A stretch of DNA of 64,000 nucleotides from the human T2T-CHM13v2.0 reference genome, Homo sapiens. Below are positions 1-21,018 of the stretch, in pieces (the stretch's first letter is position 1; every line of letters begins with the position of its first letter). Location of the stretch: NCBI RefSeq assembly GCF_009914755.1, contig NC_060940.1; one strand, given 5' to 3'. The translations under genes and the position numbers were made by a program. Under the pieces are notes generated by a model that was given only the letters and a program-made list of their open reading frames with translations, ran no database searches and had not been told where the DNA came from.

Positions 1-48
1 CAATTGCCAAGTTTTTGCTGTCTGATGGGCACTTGTACAAGGTACTAA

Positions 49-1512
<1,464 letters not shown>

Positions 1513-1575
1513 CTAAATATTATTAATATATAAAAAAAGCAGGCACATTTATAGAGTATGGTCCTCACCCCTTCC

Positions 1576-5564
<3,989 letters not shown>

Positions 5565-6957
5565 TAGGGATCTTACCTGGGCCTTCCCAGTTGAGACTAC
5601 GTCAAAATGGGCTCCCATGAGACTGCCTGGCTCATGCAGATGGAAGGCTAACATCTTTTTAGAAACAACTCGTGCTACCCTCTCCTGTTCCAAAAGCCTG
5701 TCTGGTCAGAATGGTGGTAAGTCACTTTAGGAAGGGAGAGACGTCGTCCTGTTTTTCAGGTAGAGTTAGCAAAGGTTCAATTTAAAAGAAAAATTATCTA
5801 AGAAGTTAAAAATGAAAGTGTGGGGGAGATTCCCATGACATCCATTTTTATCTATTTTTCCCTTTCTCTTACATTTCTAATGAGGCAAACTTTCTAAAAC
5901 AGTCTTAGTCTTTTCAAGTTTACAAAAGGCAGCGCCCAGACTATCTGAATAAAATGACGGGATGCCCAGGAGAAGAGTGAACCTCTCCCACGTGCTCCCT
6001 GCCTGGGCTCCATGCTGTCGCGGGGTCTCGGCTACTCACTCAGCGGGCATTTCTGGAGTTCCAGGAACACAAACCCCAACAAGATCCAATCGACGCCTTC
6101 CCGGAGTGCACAGTCCAGGACGTAACCCGGAGAACAAGCGGCAATTACCCCCTGAGGACATGGCTTCATCTGTGCGACAGACACCAAGCGCCTTCCCCAC
6201 GCCCCTGACCATAAGGCCGTCCCGGCCCTTCTGAAGCGTGGAGCCGGCTTGGAACAGAGCCAAGACACACGGACGCGATGCACACAGGCGTCCTGACCGA
6301 GGGCGCCGAGAACGCGGCCTCCGGCGACTGCCACAAGCCCCTCCGCCTGGACTAGCGGCTCCCCTTTCCCGTTCCCACACAGTGGAGGGCGCAGCAAACG
6401 CCCGCCGCGGACCGTGGGCCTTGGATTCGGATTTGGAGGCTCCTCGGAACCAGAGGGTGGGAGCAGGCGGAATCCAACCCGGGCGGCTTTGCCACCGCGC
6501 GCCCGGCATCCCTGCGGCCGGAAAGCGGCGCCATCTCCGCAAGTGCGCGGCGGACGCCTGCATCCCTCGGGGCCGGGGCTGTCGGTCGCTACATATCCAC
6601 CTTCTGGGCGCACACAGAGGGCCCGGGCCGTGCCGAGTCTCCGCAGGGTCGAGCTTCCCCGCGCGGCGCGGGCTCAGGCACTGCCCGCAGTGCGGGACAC
6701 GCCCAAGGCTCGGATGGGAGCCGACGCTGAGGGAGCGGCACCTGCAGGGAGCGCCCGGAGCCGAGGCCGCGGCAGGAGGGGCGGGCGCGGGCGCGGCCGG
6801 AGGGGATGCGGGGTCGCGGGAGGGGCCCGCAGGCCAGGCCGGAGCTGGGGGGGGCCCGAGGCCCGAGCTGGCCGGCGAGGGTGGGAAGGGCGGACCCGGG
6901 TGGGGACCGCAAGCCCCGGGAACGAGCGCGCGAGCGGCGGGTCCCGGCGGCACTCAC

Positions 6958-7131
6958 CGAGCCTGGGCGCCGGGGCGGCGGCGGCCGGCGCGCGGCCCTC
7001 TCGCGGGGTCCCCTCCCTCGGCCACCCGGGCTCCGCTCCAGCCTCGCAGTGGCGGCGGCACTGACAGCTGCGTGGCCGCCCTGGAGGGGAGGGTGCGCCT
7101 GCAACCCGCTACTGGCGGACGCAGCGGCCGC
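6958..7131 (-). other. ABCA3: ABCA3 exon 1 (non-coding 5'UTR); TSS approximate
   Basis: Minus strand reads GCGGCCGCTGCGTCCGCCAGTAGCGGGTTGCAGG...CCCAGGCTCG|GTGAGT, with a consensus donor at 6957-6952. Matches my recollection of the ABCA3 mRNA 5' end. Lies in a CpG island head-to-head with an ABCA17-like pseudogene. Confidence 0.85.
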
Positions 7132-7294
7132 TCCGGCTCCTGCAGGGGGCGCCGCGGATGGCGCGTGCGCAGTCGGCCGCCCCTGCAGGTGCCCGGTCCA
7201 CCCCCGGCCGCCTCGGCCGCTCCGGCCAGCCCAACCCCGCGCCTGCGCGGTGCCCCCTGCATGTCGCCCATGCCCGGCAGAGGGCGCTCTGACT

Positions 7295-7306
7295 TGCGCG
7301 TGCGCA
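7295..7306. promoter_or_regulatory. NRF1 motif TGCGCGTGCGCA
   Basis: Reverse complement TGCGCACGCGCA fits YGCGCAYGCGCR; second copy at 7160-7171. NRF1 sites are typical of bidirectional promoters. Confidence 0.6.
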
Positions 7307-7389
7307 GTCAGCCACCCTGCGAGTACGCGGTTCGCACCCGGCCGCGCGGCAGCCCGTGCTTGCGCACTGCTCTGTGCCCGCGCCTATGT

Positions 7390-7403
7390 CCAGCAGGGGG
7401 CGC
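7390..7403 (+). promoter_or_regulatory. CTCF core motif CCAGCAGGGGGCGC
   Basis: Close match to the CTCF core consensus; related copies at 7139 and 7274. Binding not demonstrated. Confidence 0.6.
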
Positions 7404-7760
7404 GCAGCGGCGGTAGCCGAGCGAGGGCGCGGTGGCCTCTGACAGGAATGACTCTGCGCACGTGCGTTTCGCAGCAGTGGAAGTCTTCACACCCGGAAAC
7501 TCGACTTTGGCCGTTTCTCCATTTCTCCTCACGCACTGTCTTTCCTTGGGCCCTCGTCACTCCTGGCACCGGGGGAAGGGCTTCCCCGCCTCTGGCCGGG
7601 CGCTGGGGCGCGACCGAAGGCGAGGCGGCGGCGAGGAACCTTCTGGAATTCGGCCGTCGGGGCAGGCGTCGAGTTTACAGGAGAAGGCGCGGTGTCCCGG
7701 GATGAGCGGAGTCGCCCTCACTTAAGGAGCGAGGGAGGCCTCGGGGGTCCCCAGCCGGGT

Positions 7761-8090
7761 AGGAGTCACCTCAGGCAGGAGGGCCCGGCCTTGTCGGGGT
7801 CACCTGGCGGGAGGGTCCCGGGGTGGGGCGGGGCCGCCTGTGAGGAGGGTCCAGAGAGGGTCGGGGTCACCTGAGGGGAGGGTGGGGGGGTTCGGGGATG
7901 GTTGGGGTCACCCGACGGGATGGTCCGGGGAGGGTCGGGTTCACCTGAGGGGAGGGTCGGGGAGGGTCCGGAGAGGGTCGGGGTCACCTGAGGAGGTGGT
8001 CCGGAGAGGGTCGGGGTCACCTCACGGAGCGAGCGGAACGGGGTCACCTGGAGGGAGTGTCCAGGGCGGGGGCCCTGCAGGGAGTCGCCT
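7761..8090 (+). repeat. G-rich degenerate minisatellite, ~33-bp unit with core GGGGTCACCT
   Basis: Core or variants at 7796, 7830, 7863, 7904, 7937, 7980, 8013, 8040, 8081. Confidence 0.85.
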
Positions 8091-8749
8091 GCAGGGAGGG
8101 TCCCGGGCGTGTCACATTAGGCGGTCCCAGGGACGGGTCGCGGTCTAACGGGACGGGAGTGGGGAGGTGGGTCGGGGTGTCCCTGGGCCGGACCGGGTCG
8201 TGGGACTGGGTCGCCCCAGGCAGGAGAGCCTGGGAGGGGCGGGCCCCCTTGGCGTGGCAGGGAGAGGTGGAGTGAGGGACTCCCGGGCTCCAGCATGAGG
8301 GCGGGCGCCGCGCGGGGCCGACAGTTGCCGCGGGCCGGGGCCAATGGGTCCCCGAGCGCCGCCAGCGGCCGGACCACAGTGAGGTGCGTCCGTGGTCCCG
8401 GCGCCCCGGGTGAGGGAGGGCTGCTGCCGGTCCTGCCGCTGGGAGCCGCCTGCGACCCGCACCGCCAGCCCCGCGCCCAGCCAGCCGCCGGCACCACGAC
8501 CCGACGGCCCCGACCTAATGCAACGCCCCGGGCCGGGGGCGGAAATCGCCCACCCCCAAGAGTCCTGATGGAGTAGGGTTTGAGCGGCTCGTTCCCCATT
8601 TTACTGTGTACATAGCACCTTTCACTCTGATGATGTTCTGGATAGCCCATTCCGCGAGCAAAGGGACTTCGTCAGGTTCATGCCTAGATCCAGGGTCCTA
8701 GAGTGCCTGGGGCGGAGGAGGCTCATGCTAAATAATTTGTTCAGTGGAA

Positions 8750-8990
8750 TCACAGAGACCTGGCTTCAGATCTTGACCCACCAATTAATGTAGACATGTC
8801 ATTTTATCTTTCTGAGTCTCAATTTCCTATCCCTAAAATTGAAATTATAATAATAGTAATTAATAATAATAGCAAACTCAAAGGTTTTTTGTTGGTGTAT
8901 TCTTTTCTTTTTTGGGTCAAATGAGAAAATGCATGTTTAAGTGCTTACTACAATACCTGACACATAAATGCCAAATAAATGGTAGTATAT
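8750..8990 (+). mobile_element. MIR SINE fragment
   Basis: tctgagtctcaatttcct...taaaatt...aaatgagaaaatgcatgtttaagtgctt, MIR core-like. Confidence 0.65.
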
Positions 8991-10093
8991 AATGTGAGTA
9001 TAGCTAGGGATTTACATAGCCTAGTCTCCGTAATGAGCATACAGGGGGAAAAAAAACCCCAAACAATTGAATGCAGTTACAGGATGGGTGGGGGAGTGGA
9101 TTATTAATGCGCTGCAAACATCCTAAAAACCCCCTTTCCCCATCAGTCTTCACAGACTGCAACACCCCATCCAAAATGTCTTCCCCATTCTCTGCTTCGT
9201 CCCAGAAAATGATGTGAACTTGGCTGCTTGGCCCTGTCTTCACCCGGTCATATCCTCAGTCATTTTTCTTTCCAAAACCAATCCTTGCCATTTCCAAATT
9301 GAATTTGTTAGACCTTGCACGTTTTTCCGGCCTTTTCAAAACTGGATCCCAATTCTCTGTAACCAAATCCAGTACCAGAACTGGCTGACTCAGAATTTAC
9401 CTTAGATGGAAGATAGGGTAGGAATTTTGGAAGAAGGATGACCTTACAGATCAAGACAGACAATTGCAGGGTACTAATTTTATATCTTTTTTCTTAACTC
9501 TGCCAGGTTAATTGTTAATTATTATAATCACAATCATGAGGTGGGAGGGTGTGAAGGCCACTGGGAAAAGTATCTTATGCCCAAAAATTTCAGGCTCTGA
9601 ACTGTTAAAAAACAGTTGCCCACAGTGAGCTGGACCCTTTTGATGCCCTTCAACAATCCCTGGATAATTCATCACATTGTGCTCAAGGCCCACTACTGAA
9701 AAAATAAAGCAAACCTAGATGCTCCACCTAGTCATTTCTTTCCAGATGGAGGCCCAGATAAGGTCATAATTTCTTCAGAGTCACCCAGTAGAGCTGAGAT
9801 GACAACCTCCGTGTTCAGGCTCCTGGACTCTACCCCTCTCTTATATGGAAACACTCACATCCATATACCATGAATACATGCTGAGAAATTGAAGGATACA
9901 CTCCTTGAAGTTACTATGGTTCAAACATTTCTTTTCTCTCAAGATTGATGGTAAACATTATAGTGGATGGTGACACTCATAAACAAATCTTACAGCTTCA
10001 CAAAAGGCAGTAAACCTAGCCATTATACTAGTCGGCTAGATATAATTAAACCAATAAGCTCCCAATTCTTTGAAGGGGTACAAATACTATACC

Positions 10094-10135
<42 letters not shown>

Positions 10136-10145
10136 GTCTATCTAT
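10094..10145 (+). repeat. (TCTA)n tetranucleotide microsatellite with one TCTG interruption
   Basis: Seen directly. Confidence 0.97.
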
Positions 10146-10299
10146 TGTATCGTACAACAGTACCCAAATTGCTGATATTCAATACAGTATCTTAGAATAG
10201 GGCTTCTTTGATTGTTTCCCTGGGAATGATGTTATAATTCAGAGACGCATTGTAGACCAAGGGCTGTACACATATTCTTTCATTCAGTGATTGGGAAGC

Positions 10300-10848
<549 letters not shown>

Positions 10849-11826
10849 TGAGCCACTGCACCCGGCCCAACAAATGAAATTTATGTGTTTTGAAGGATCT
10901 CACAAAACAGAGTTGCTTAATTCGATTTAGTTTTCACTGTGTGCTTACTATATGCCAGATGAAACTTGAAATAAAAATGTGAATAAGCCACCATCTATAC
11001 TTTAATAGAATTCAGAGTGCCCAACAATATGTTGTTAGAAGCAAAGATACAGCAATTGAAGACAATACAGACTATGAGTTGCAAAAATGGGCATTAATAC
11101 ATGGACTATCTCAATTATTCAGGGATTTCCTTTGTACTATTAAGTAGTACAGAAACTATAAGTAAGCTGTTTCCTAACTATATTTGTCTAAACCAAATCA
11201 CTCGCTTTAAAATAGTTATTTTGCTTAGGTTTTAAACATTTAGAAATTTTGAGGAGATGATTTTTATGGATGATTTGCATGCTCTCAAATTAATTTTAAA
11301 TTTAACAAGTGTTACATGAATATATTCTTGTTGAGAAATTCAAACTAATAGGCAAACCAAAATTCTTTGTAACCGCCATCCCCTTCCCTGATTTCCTCTC
11401 CATGGTCATAGTTTGGTAAATAAGCTTCTTAAAGTTTTTTAAATGTATTTGCACACATATATAGATTAGCCTATACAAGTGTAGCATTATTTATCATTTT
11501 TCCATAAATGATATTCTGTGGGCATGATTCTTCAGTTTTCTTTTCAGAAATGAAAATTGGACATTTGACATTTGAACCTCTCTCCTGTGTTTGGAAAACT
11601 CTCCATCAATGTGATACAATGGTGGAAAGCGGGGTCTAGGCTCAATGGAACAGGTGCTTTTGCAAATGTATTACAGGTGTTTTCCCCAGGTTGTCTGTCA
11701 GCTTTTTACCTTTTTTTCAAAGAAAAGTTGTTTTTTTTTATGTAATCAGATTTATTAGCCTGTTTCTTTATAGTTTCCAGGTTATAGGTCATACTTATTT
11801 TTTTAAAAAAGTCCCCACTCTAATAA

Positions 11827-12155
11827 TATAAAAGTGCTTTTATAATGAAATTTTATATGTTTAAACTTTTATCCATCTGGGGCTTATTTTGCTGGAGTGA
11901 GCTAGCCAATTTTCTCAACACTTAAAAACATTAATCATTAAAATCTCAGTTTACATATAGTAGAATTCACTCCTTCTCCTAATAATAATATAATTAATTA
12001 TAATTATAAAAGTGCTTTTATAATGAAATTTTTTATGTTTAAACCTTTATCCATCTGGGGCTTATTTTGCTGGAGTGAGCTAGCCAATTTTCTCAACACT
12101 TAAAAACATTAATGATTAAAATCTCAGTTTACATATAGTAGAATTCACTCCTTCT
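11827..12155 (+). repeat. 151-bp direct tandem duplication (11827-11977 / 12005-12155)
   Basis: Three mismatches between copies; 27-bp AT-rich spacer. Confidence 0.95.
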
Positions 12156-13008
12156 GGTTATAATTCTGTGAATCTTTGTTGTTGTTTGGAGATGGAGTCT
12201 CGCTCTGTTGCCCAAGCTGGAGTGCAGTGGCGGGATCTCGGCTCACTGCAACCTTTGCCTCCTGGATTCCAGCGATTCTTGTGCCTCAGCCTCACAAGTA
12301 GGTGAGACTTTAGGTGCACGCCACCAGGCCTGGCTAATTTTTTTATTTTTAGTAGGGATGGGTTTTCACCATGTTGACCATGCTGGTCTTGAACTCCTGG
12401 CCTTATGTGATCCACCTGTCTCCACCTCCCAAAGTAGTGAGATTACAAGTGTGAGCCATTGTGCCCACCCATAATTCTATGAATTTTGACAAATGTACAG
12501 AGTTGTGTAATTACTACCACAACCAAATTCAGACATCATTCCCCCAAATTTCCTCATGATGTCCCTTTTGTAGTTAATTCTTATTACCCTCCTGCTGGTA
12601 AGTACTGATTTTAGTTTGCTAGTCCTATTTTTGTCTTTTCCAGAATGTCATATAAATGAAATCATACAGTGTATATAGTCTGAGTCTTACTTCTTTCACT
12701 TAATATATTTGAGATTTGTGCATGTCAGGTGTATCAATAGTTCATTCTTATAGCTGAATAGAATTCCACTGAATGAATATACCACAGTTTGTTGATCCAT
12801 TCATTAATTGAGAACATTTGGTCTATTTCCAGTTTTGGAGATTATGAGTAAAGCCTTCTATAATCATTTGTGTTTAAGTTTTCATTTCTGTTGGGTAAAA
12901 ATTTATGAATGGGATTGTTGGGTTGTATAGTATATGTTTAGTTTTATGAGAAACTTCCAAAATGTTTTCCGTAATGGTTGTACCACTTTGCATTCCCACT
13001 GGCAATAG

Positions 13009-13404
<396 letters not shown>

Positions 13405-13518
13405 TAGTAGTATTTCATTGTGGTTTAAATTTGTATTTCCCTAATGATTAATGATGTTGAGCATCTCTCTTCATGGGGTTATTTGTCAGGCATATGTTCT
13501 TTTTTTTTTTTTTTCTGA

Positions 13519-13847
<329 letters not shown>

Positions 13848-13968
13848 TAGTAGAGATGGGGTTTTACCCTGTTAGCCAGGATGGTCTTGATCTCCTGACC
13901 TCGTGATCCGCCTGCCTCAGCCTCCCAAAGTGCTGGGATTACAGGCGTGAGCCACCGCGCCCGGCTGA

Positions 13969-14337
<369 letters not shown>

Positions 14338-14434
14338 TGAGTAACTGGGACTACAGGCATGCGCCACCACACCCAGCTAATTTTTGTATTTTTAGAGAGA
14401 TGGGGTTTCACTATGTTGGCCAGGATAGTCTTGA

Positions 14435-14746
<312 letters not shown>

Positions 14747-14984
14747 TGATCCACCCACCTCAGCCTCTCAAAATCCTGGGATTACAGGTGTGAGCCACTG
14801 TGCCTGGCCTTCTTTATATATTTTGTATACAACTTTGTATACAACAATTCACAGATGTTTTCTACCACTCAGTGGATGGTCTTTCTATTCTATTAAGAGT
14901 GTTTTTTTCTTTCTATTCTATTAAGAGTGTTTTGGTTTTGTTTTTGTTTTTGAGGAAGAGTCTTGTCCTTTGCCCAGGCTGTAA

Positions 14985-15152
<168 letters not shown>

Positions 15153-15324
15153 TAATTCCTGACCTCATGATCTACCTACCTCGTCTTCCCAAAGTGCTGG
15201 GCATGAGCCATCATGCCCGGTCACCATGGTGAGCCACCATGAGCCACCATGGTGAACTCACCACCGTGAGTCACCATGTCTGGCCTATTAAGACTGTCTT
15301 TTAGAGAATAAAGACTTCCAGTAA

Positions 15325-15543
<219 letters not shown>

Positions 15544-15975
15544 TGAAACTCCTGTCCTCAAGTGATCCACTTGCTTCAGCCTCCCAAAGTGCTGGGATTA
15601 CAAGTGTGAGCCACTACATCTGGCCGAGAACAAAGGTTTTTAATTTTGATGAAGTCCAATTTACTATGGTTTTGGTGTCATATCTAAGAAATCTTTGCCT
15701 ACTGTGAGGTCACAGAGATGTTCTCCTGTGTTTTCTTCTAGAAGTTTTACGGTTTAGATTTTGTATTTAAGTCTATGATTTATTTTGAATTAATTTTGTG
15801 TAATGAGTTGAGGTATGGGTCAAAATTTTATTTCCATACATGGATGTCCCTTGTTCCAGCACGTTTGTTAAAAAGACTATTCTTTTTCCATTGAATTGCA
15901 ACTTTGTCAAAAATTAATTGACCATATATGTCAGTTTATTTCTGGACTCCCTATTCTGTTCTATTGAGCTGTATG

Positions 15976-16372
<397 letters not shown>

Positions 16373-18497
16373 TAGTACAGACGGGGTTTCACCGTGTTAG
16401 CCAGGATGGTCTGGATCTCCTGACCTCGTGATCCTCCTGCCTCAGGCTCCCAAAGTGCTGGGATTACAGGTGTGAGCCACAGTGCCTGGCCAAAAACATT
16501 TAATATTTTAAAAAAACTTTTACCAGCGTTGTTTCGTCAGCATTTGGATTCTGCACATATTTTATTAAATTTATACCAAAGTATTTCCTTCTTTCAATGT
16601 TACTACAAATGACACTTAAAAATTTCCACTTGTTCTTTATTGTTACATAGAAATATGATTTATTTTTATTTTTTAAAATAATTAAAATTTTTAAAGAGAT
16701 GGGATCTTGCTTGTTGCCCAGTCTGGTCTTGAACTCCTGGCCTCAAATGATCTTCCTGCCTTCTCCTCCCAAAGTGTTGGTATCACAGACGTGAGCCACT
16801 GTACCCAGCCAATTTATTTTTATATACTGATCTTGTCTCTCGTGACCTTGCTAAACTCGTTCATTAATTGTAGAATACTTTGTTTTGAATTTTTTGGGAT
16901 TTTCTACATAGAAAGTCATGTTATCTGAGAATAGAGATGCTTTTATTTCTTTTCAATCTGTTATGTCTCTTTTCTTTTTAATTGCCTATAGTATTCAGTA
17001 CAATGTATGTCTCTTATTTCCTGCTTTATTGCACTGGCTAGGATGATGTTGAATAGCAGTGAGAGTAGTCATCCTTGGCTTGTTCTCTAATCTTAGGGGG
17101 AAAGCACTGAGTCTTTGACCATTAAGTATCATGTTAACTGTAGGTTTTTGTAGCTGCTATTTATCGGGTTGAAGAAATTTTCATTTTCTTCTATTTCTAG
17201 TTTGCTGGGAGATTTTACCATGAATGAATGTTGACTTTTGTCAGATGTACTTATCTGCATCCACTGAGATGATTAAGTGGTTTATTCTTAAGCCTCTTAA
17301 TATTATGAGTTGCATTGTGTTTTTTATGCTATGTCTTTTCGTGATGTTTTTATCTGGCTTTGGATCACAGTAATGTTGACCTCATAAAATGAGTTGGAAA
17401 GTTGTCCCTCTTCTATTTTCTGGGAAAGATTGTACAGAATTAGTGTTATTCCTTCTTTAAGTGTTAGAATTTGCCAGTGAAACCATCTGGATTTTGTTTT
17501 TTTGGAAGGATTATAGCTACAGATACAAATTCTTTAATAGATATTAGGACTATTCAGGTTACTTACTTCTTGAGTGAATTTAGGTAGTTTATGTCTTTCA
17601 TGGAATTGATCTGTTTCATCTAGTTGTTAAACAAATAGGTATTAATACTGTTTTAATATTTATGTGATTTATTTGAAAGGCTATGTTTATAATACACTAA
17701 ATTTCCATATATATATGGTTCTCTATATAAGTTGTTTTTGGGGGCTGTTACTATACTAGTATGATGTTCTTTTCATTAATGAAGTTATTTAACAACATGT
17801 TTTAATATTTGGATCATCTCTGGTCAATAGCTGTCTCAGAATTTTCTTGGCTAGTCTCACAGCTTTATCTTTCATGTGAACTTCAGAATCAAATTTCTTA
17901 ATCTCATTAAAATTTTTATTGGGTTACAGAACATTTGTAGATGTACTTAGAAAAATTAATATCTTAAAAATATTGACTATTTCTGTGCAAGGATGGGATA
18001 TGTTGCTCCATTTACTCAAGCTTTTTATTTATTCTTTTTAGAGACAGGGTCTCGCTATGTTGCCCAGGATGGTCATGAACTCCTGGGCTCAGGCAATCCT
18101 CCCTCCTGAATAACTGTGACCAGCACCGAGTCACTGAGCCTGGCTTATTCAAGCCTTAATTTTATGTTTATTGATATAGTTTTACAGTTTCCATCCCAGA
18201 GATCTTGCATATTTCTCACTATATTTATTCCTAAATGTTTTCTTCTGCTGTTGCTGTTGTGAAAGGGATCTTTTCCTGAAATACATTGTCCTACCTGGTT
18301 TTTGATAGGAAAACTATTGATTTTTTTATATACTACTTTTGTAACTGGCTATCTTACCTTACCTTTTACTGTTTCTTATAGTTATTCAGTTGTTCTCTTG
18401 GGTTTTCTATGTATACCACTTAATAACATGCAAACAATCATAATCTAGTTCCCTCTTTACCTATATTTATGCCTCTTGATTCATCTTATCATTTAAC

Positions 18498-18812
18498 TGT
18501 AGGAGTATAGGGCCACCAGGAGCTTATATAGGGTACCGTGCCTGGTGAGGAATTGCCAAGAGGTGATCCCTGCCTCCCCACCTATTAGATAAAGGCAGCT
18601 CTTCTGAGTGGACCAATTAGTTAAAGGCACCCAACTGCACAAACCAATTAGATAAAGGTACCCCTGAGTGGAACTTTCAGCCAGCAGATCCATCCTTAGG
18701 CCAGGTGGAGTGGAGCATAGAGTGGATCTCAGCCCTGCTTCTCATCCTCTGAGCCAGATGTCCTGGTATAGGGAACAGGCCTCATAACTGGACACAATGG
18801 CTCTGGGTTACT
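18498..18812. mobile_element. Probable solo LTR inserted in L1
   Basis: GC-richer ~315-bp block starting TGTAGG and ending GGTTAC within AT-rich L1; three CC(A/T)ATTAG(A/T)TAAAGG repeats. Confidence 0.55.
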
Positions 18813-20250
18813 GTTTCCAGAATAATGCTAGAAAATAATGTTGCCACTGGCATTTTAATCTTGGTTTTGTCTTAATTGTGAATGCTTCTGTGGTCACCAG
18901 AAAATATCTTTGCTTTTGATTTGAGAAATGTGTTTTTAACACATTATAGATGATTTTGTTTCTAAGGATTTTTTTAAAAAGTATCAAAGAATAGATGGAA
19001 AATTTTATCAAATGCCTTGGGAATTTATTGACATTATGTTTTTATTCCTTTGAGCAATTGATATAATGAATTAAACTAATAGAAATCATAATGGTGAAAA
19101 TAGTGAATCATTCCTATATTTCTGGAATAAATTTTCCATTTGTTCATGGTATATTATTCTTTTAATGCATTTCTAGATTCTATGTGCTAGCAAGGATTTT
19201 TACATCTTCTCTTTACTAAGAATGGGCTTTAGTTTTTTTTAAAAAAAATGTTGTCATTGTCAGATTTTCATATCATCATTAGTTAACCTGATTTTTTTTA
19301 GTGGAAGTTTACCCTCTCTCTGCTTATGGATTAGTTTAAATAGCATTAGAATGACCTATTGCTTGTAGTTAAAAATAACTTACCCATTTGAGTTTTTGCA
19401 CTTACACTGCTTGGAGGACTCTGACAAATTTCTCAATTTCTTGAACAGTTTATGTGAATAAATATTTAGGTTTTAAAAAAAATCTCTTACTGGATTATAG
19501 TAGTTACTTCTATTTTCCTAATCAACCCATCCCAGACAGATTGACAAATTTTTTAGCATAGTGTTACAAAAAATATTTAATTTTCTGTACAACATTGGGT
19601 ATTTTTTCCTTTTCATTCTTCATTAATATGTCTGACAGTGTGTTTGTTCCTTTTTTTGTATTGACTGGATATGCTAGTGGATTACTTATTTTAGGAGTTT
19701 AATTTCCCTGTCAATCCTTCTTTTTTCTTTCTTTCGTTCTTTTTTTTTTTTTTTTTTTTTTTGAGACAGGTTTTCTGTCGGTCATCCAGGCTAGAGTGCA
19801 GTGGTACAATCATTGCTCACTGCAGCCTCGAAGTCCTGGGCTCAAGCAATCCTCCTGCCTCAGCCTCCTAAGCAACTAGGACTATAGTATGCCTGTCTAA
19901 TTTTGGTTTGTGGTTTTGGGTTTTTATTTTTTTTGGTAGAGATGGGAGTCTTGCTATGTTGCCCAGGCTGGTCTTAAACTCCCAGGCTCAAGAGATCCTC
20001 CTGGCTTGGCCTCCTAAAGTGCTGGGATTACAGGCTTGAGCCACCCTGCCCAGCAAGCACTGATTCTTTTTTTCTGAGACAGAGTCTCACTGTATTGCCG
20101 AGGCTAGAGTGCAGTGGCACAATCTCAGCTCATGTCAACTTCTGCCTCCCAGGCTCAAGTGATTCTTGTGCCTCAGCCTCCTGAGTAGCTGGGATTACAG
20201 GTATGCACCACCATGCCCAGCTAATTTTTGTATTTTATTTATTTATTTGA

Positions 20251-20526
<276 letters not shown>

Positions 20527-20711
20527 TAGCCCTGATATATATATATATATATAGTTTTGCTTGCCTTTTCTGGAATGTTAAATAGTTAGAATTATATAGT
20601 ATGTCGCCTTTTTACATTGGCTTCTTTCACTTAGTAATATGCATTTAGAGTTCCTCCATGTCTCTTCATGATTTAATAGCTCATTTCTTTTTGTTTTTGT
20701 TTTTGTTTTGA

Positions 20712-20816
<105 letters not shown>

Positions 20817-20859
20817 TGAGTAGCTGGGATTACAGGCGCCCACCACCATGCCCAGATAA

Positions 20860-21018
<159 letters not shown>

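Larger units (their letters stand above)
5930..8660. promoter_or_regulatory. CpG island / bidirectional ABCA3-ABCA17P promoter
   Basis: Very high GC and CpG density against AT-rich, CpG-depleted flanks. Contains GC boxes, NRF1-like motifs (7160-7171, 7295-7306), CTCF-like cores (7139, 7274, 7390) and E-box CACGTG (7459-7464). Confidence 0.93.

Noticed and set aside
7761-8090. Regularly spaced repeats resembling a CRISPR-like array
   Set aside because: Eukaryotic context, inter-core segments are related to each other, no cas genes; it is a minisatellite.
6032-8650. Long ORFs (392, 305, 299, 216, 193 aa) on both strands of the CpG island
   Set aside because: Overlapping in several frames, low-complexity G/P/R/A composition, no domain; expected from stop-codon scarcity in GC-rich DNA.
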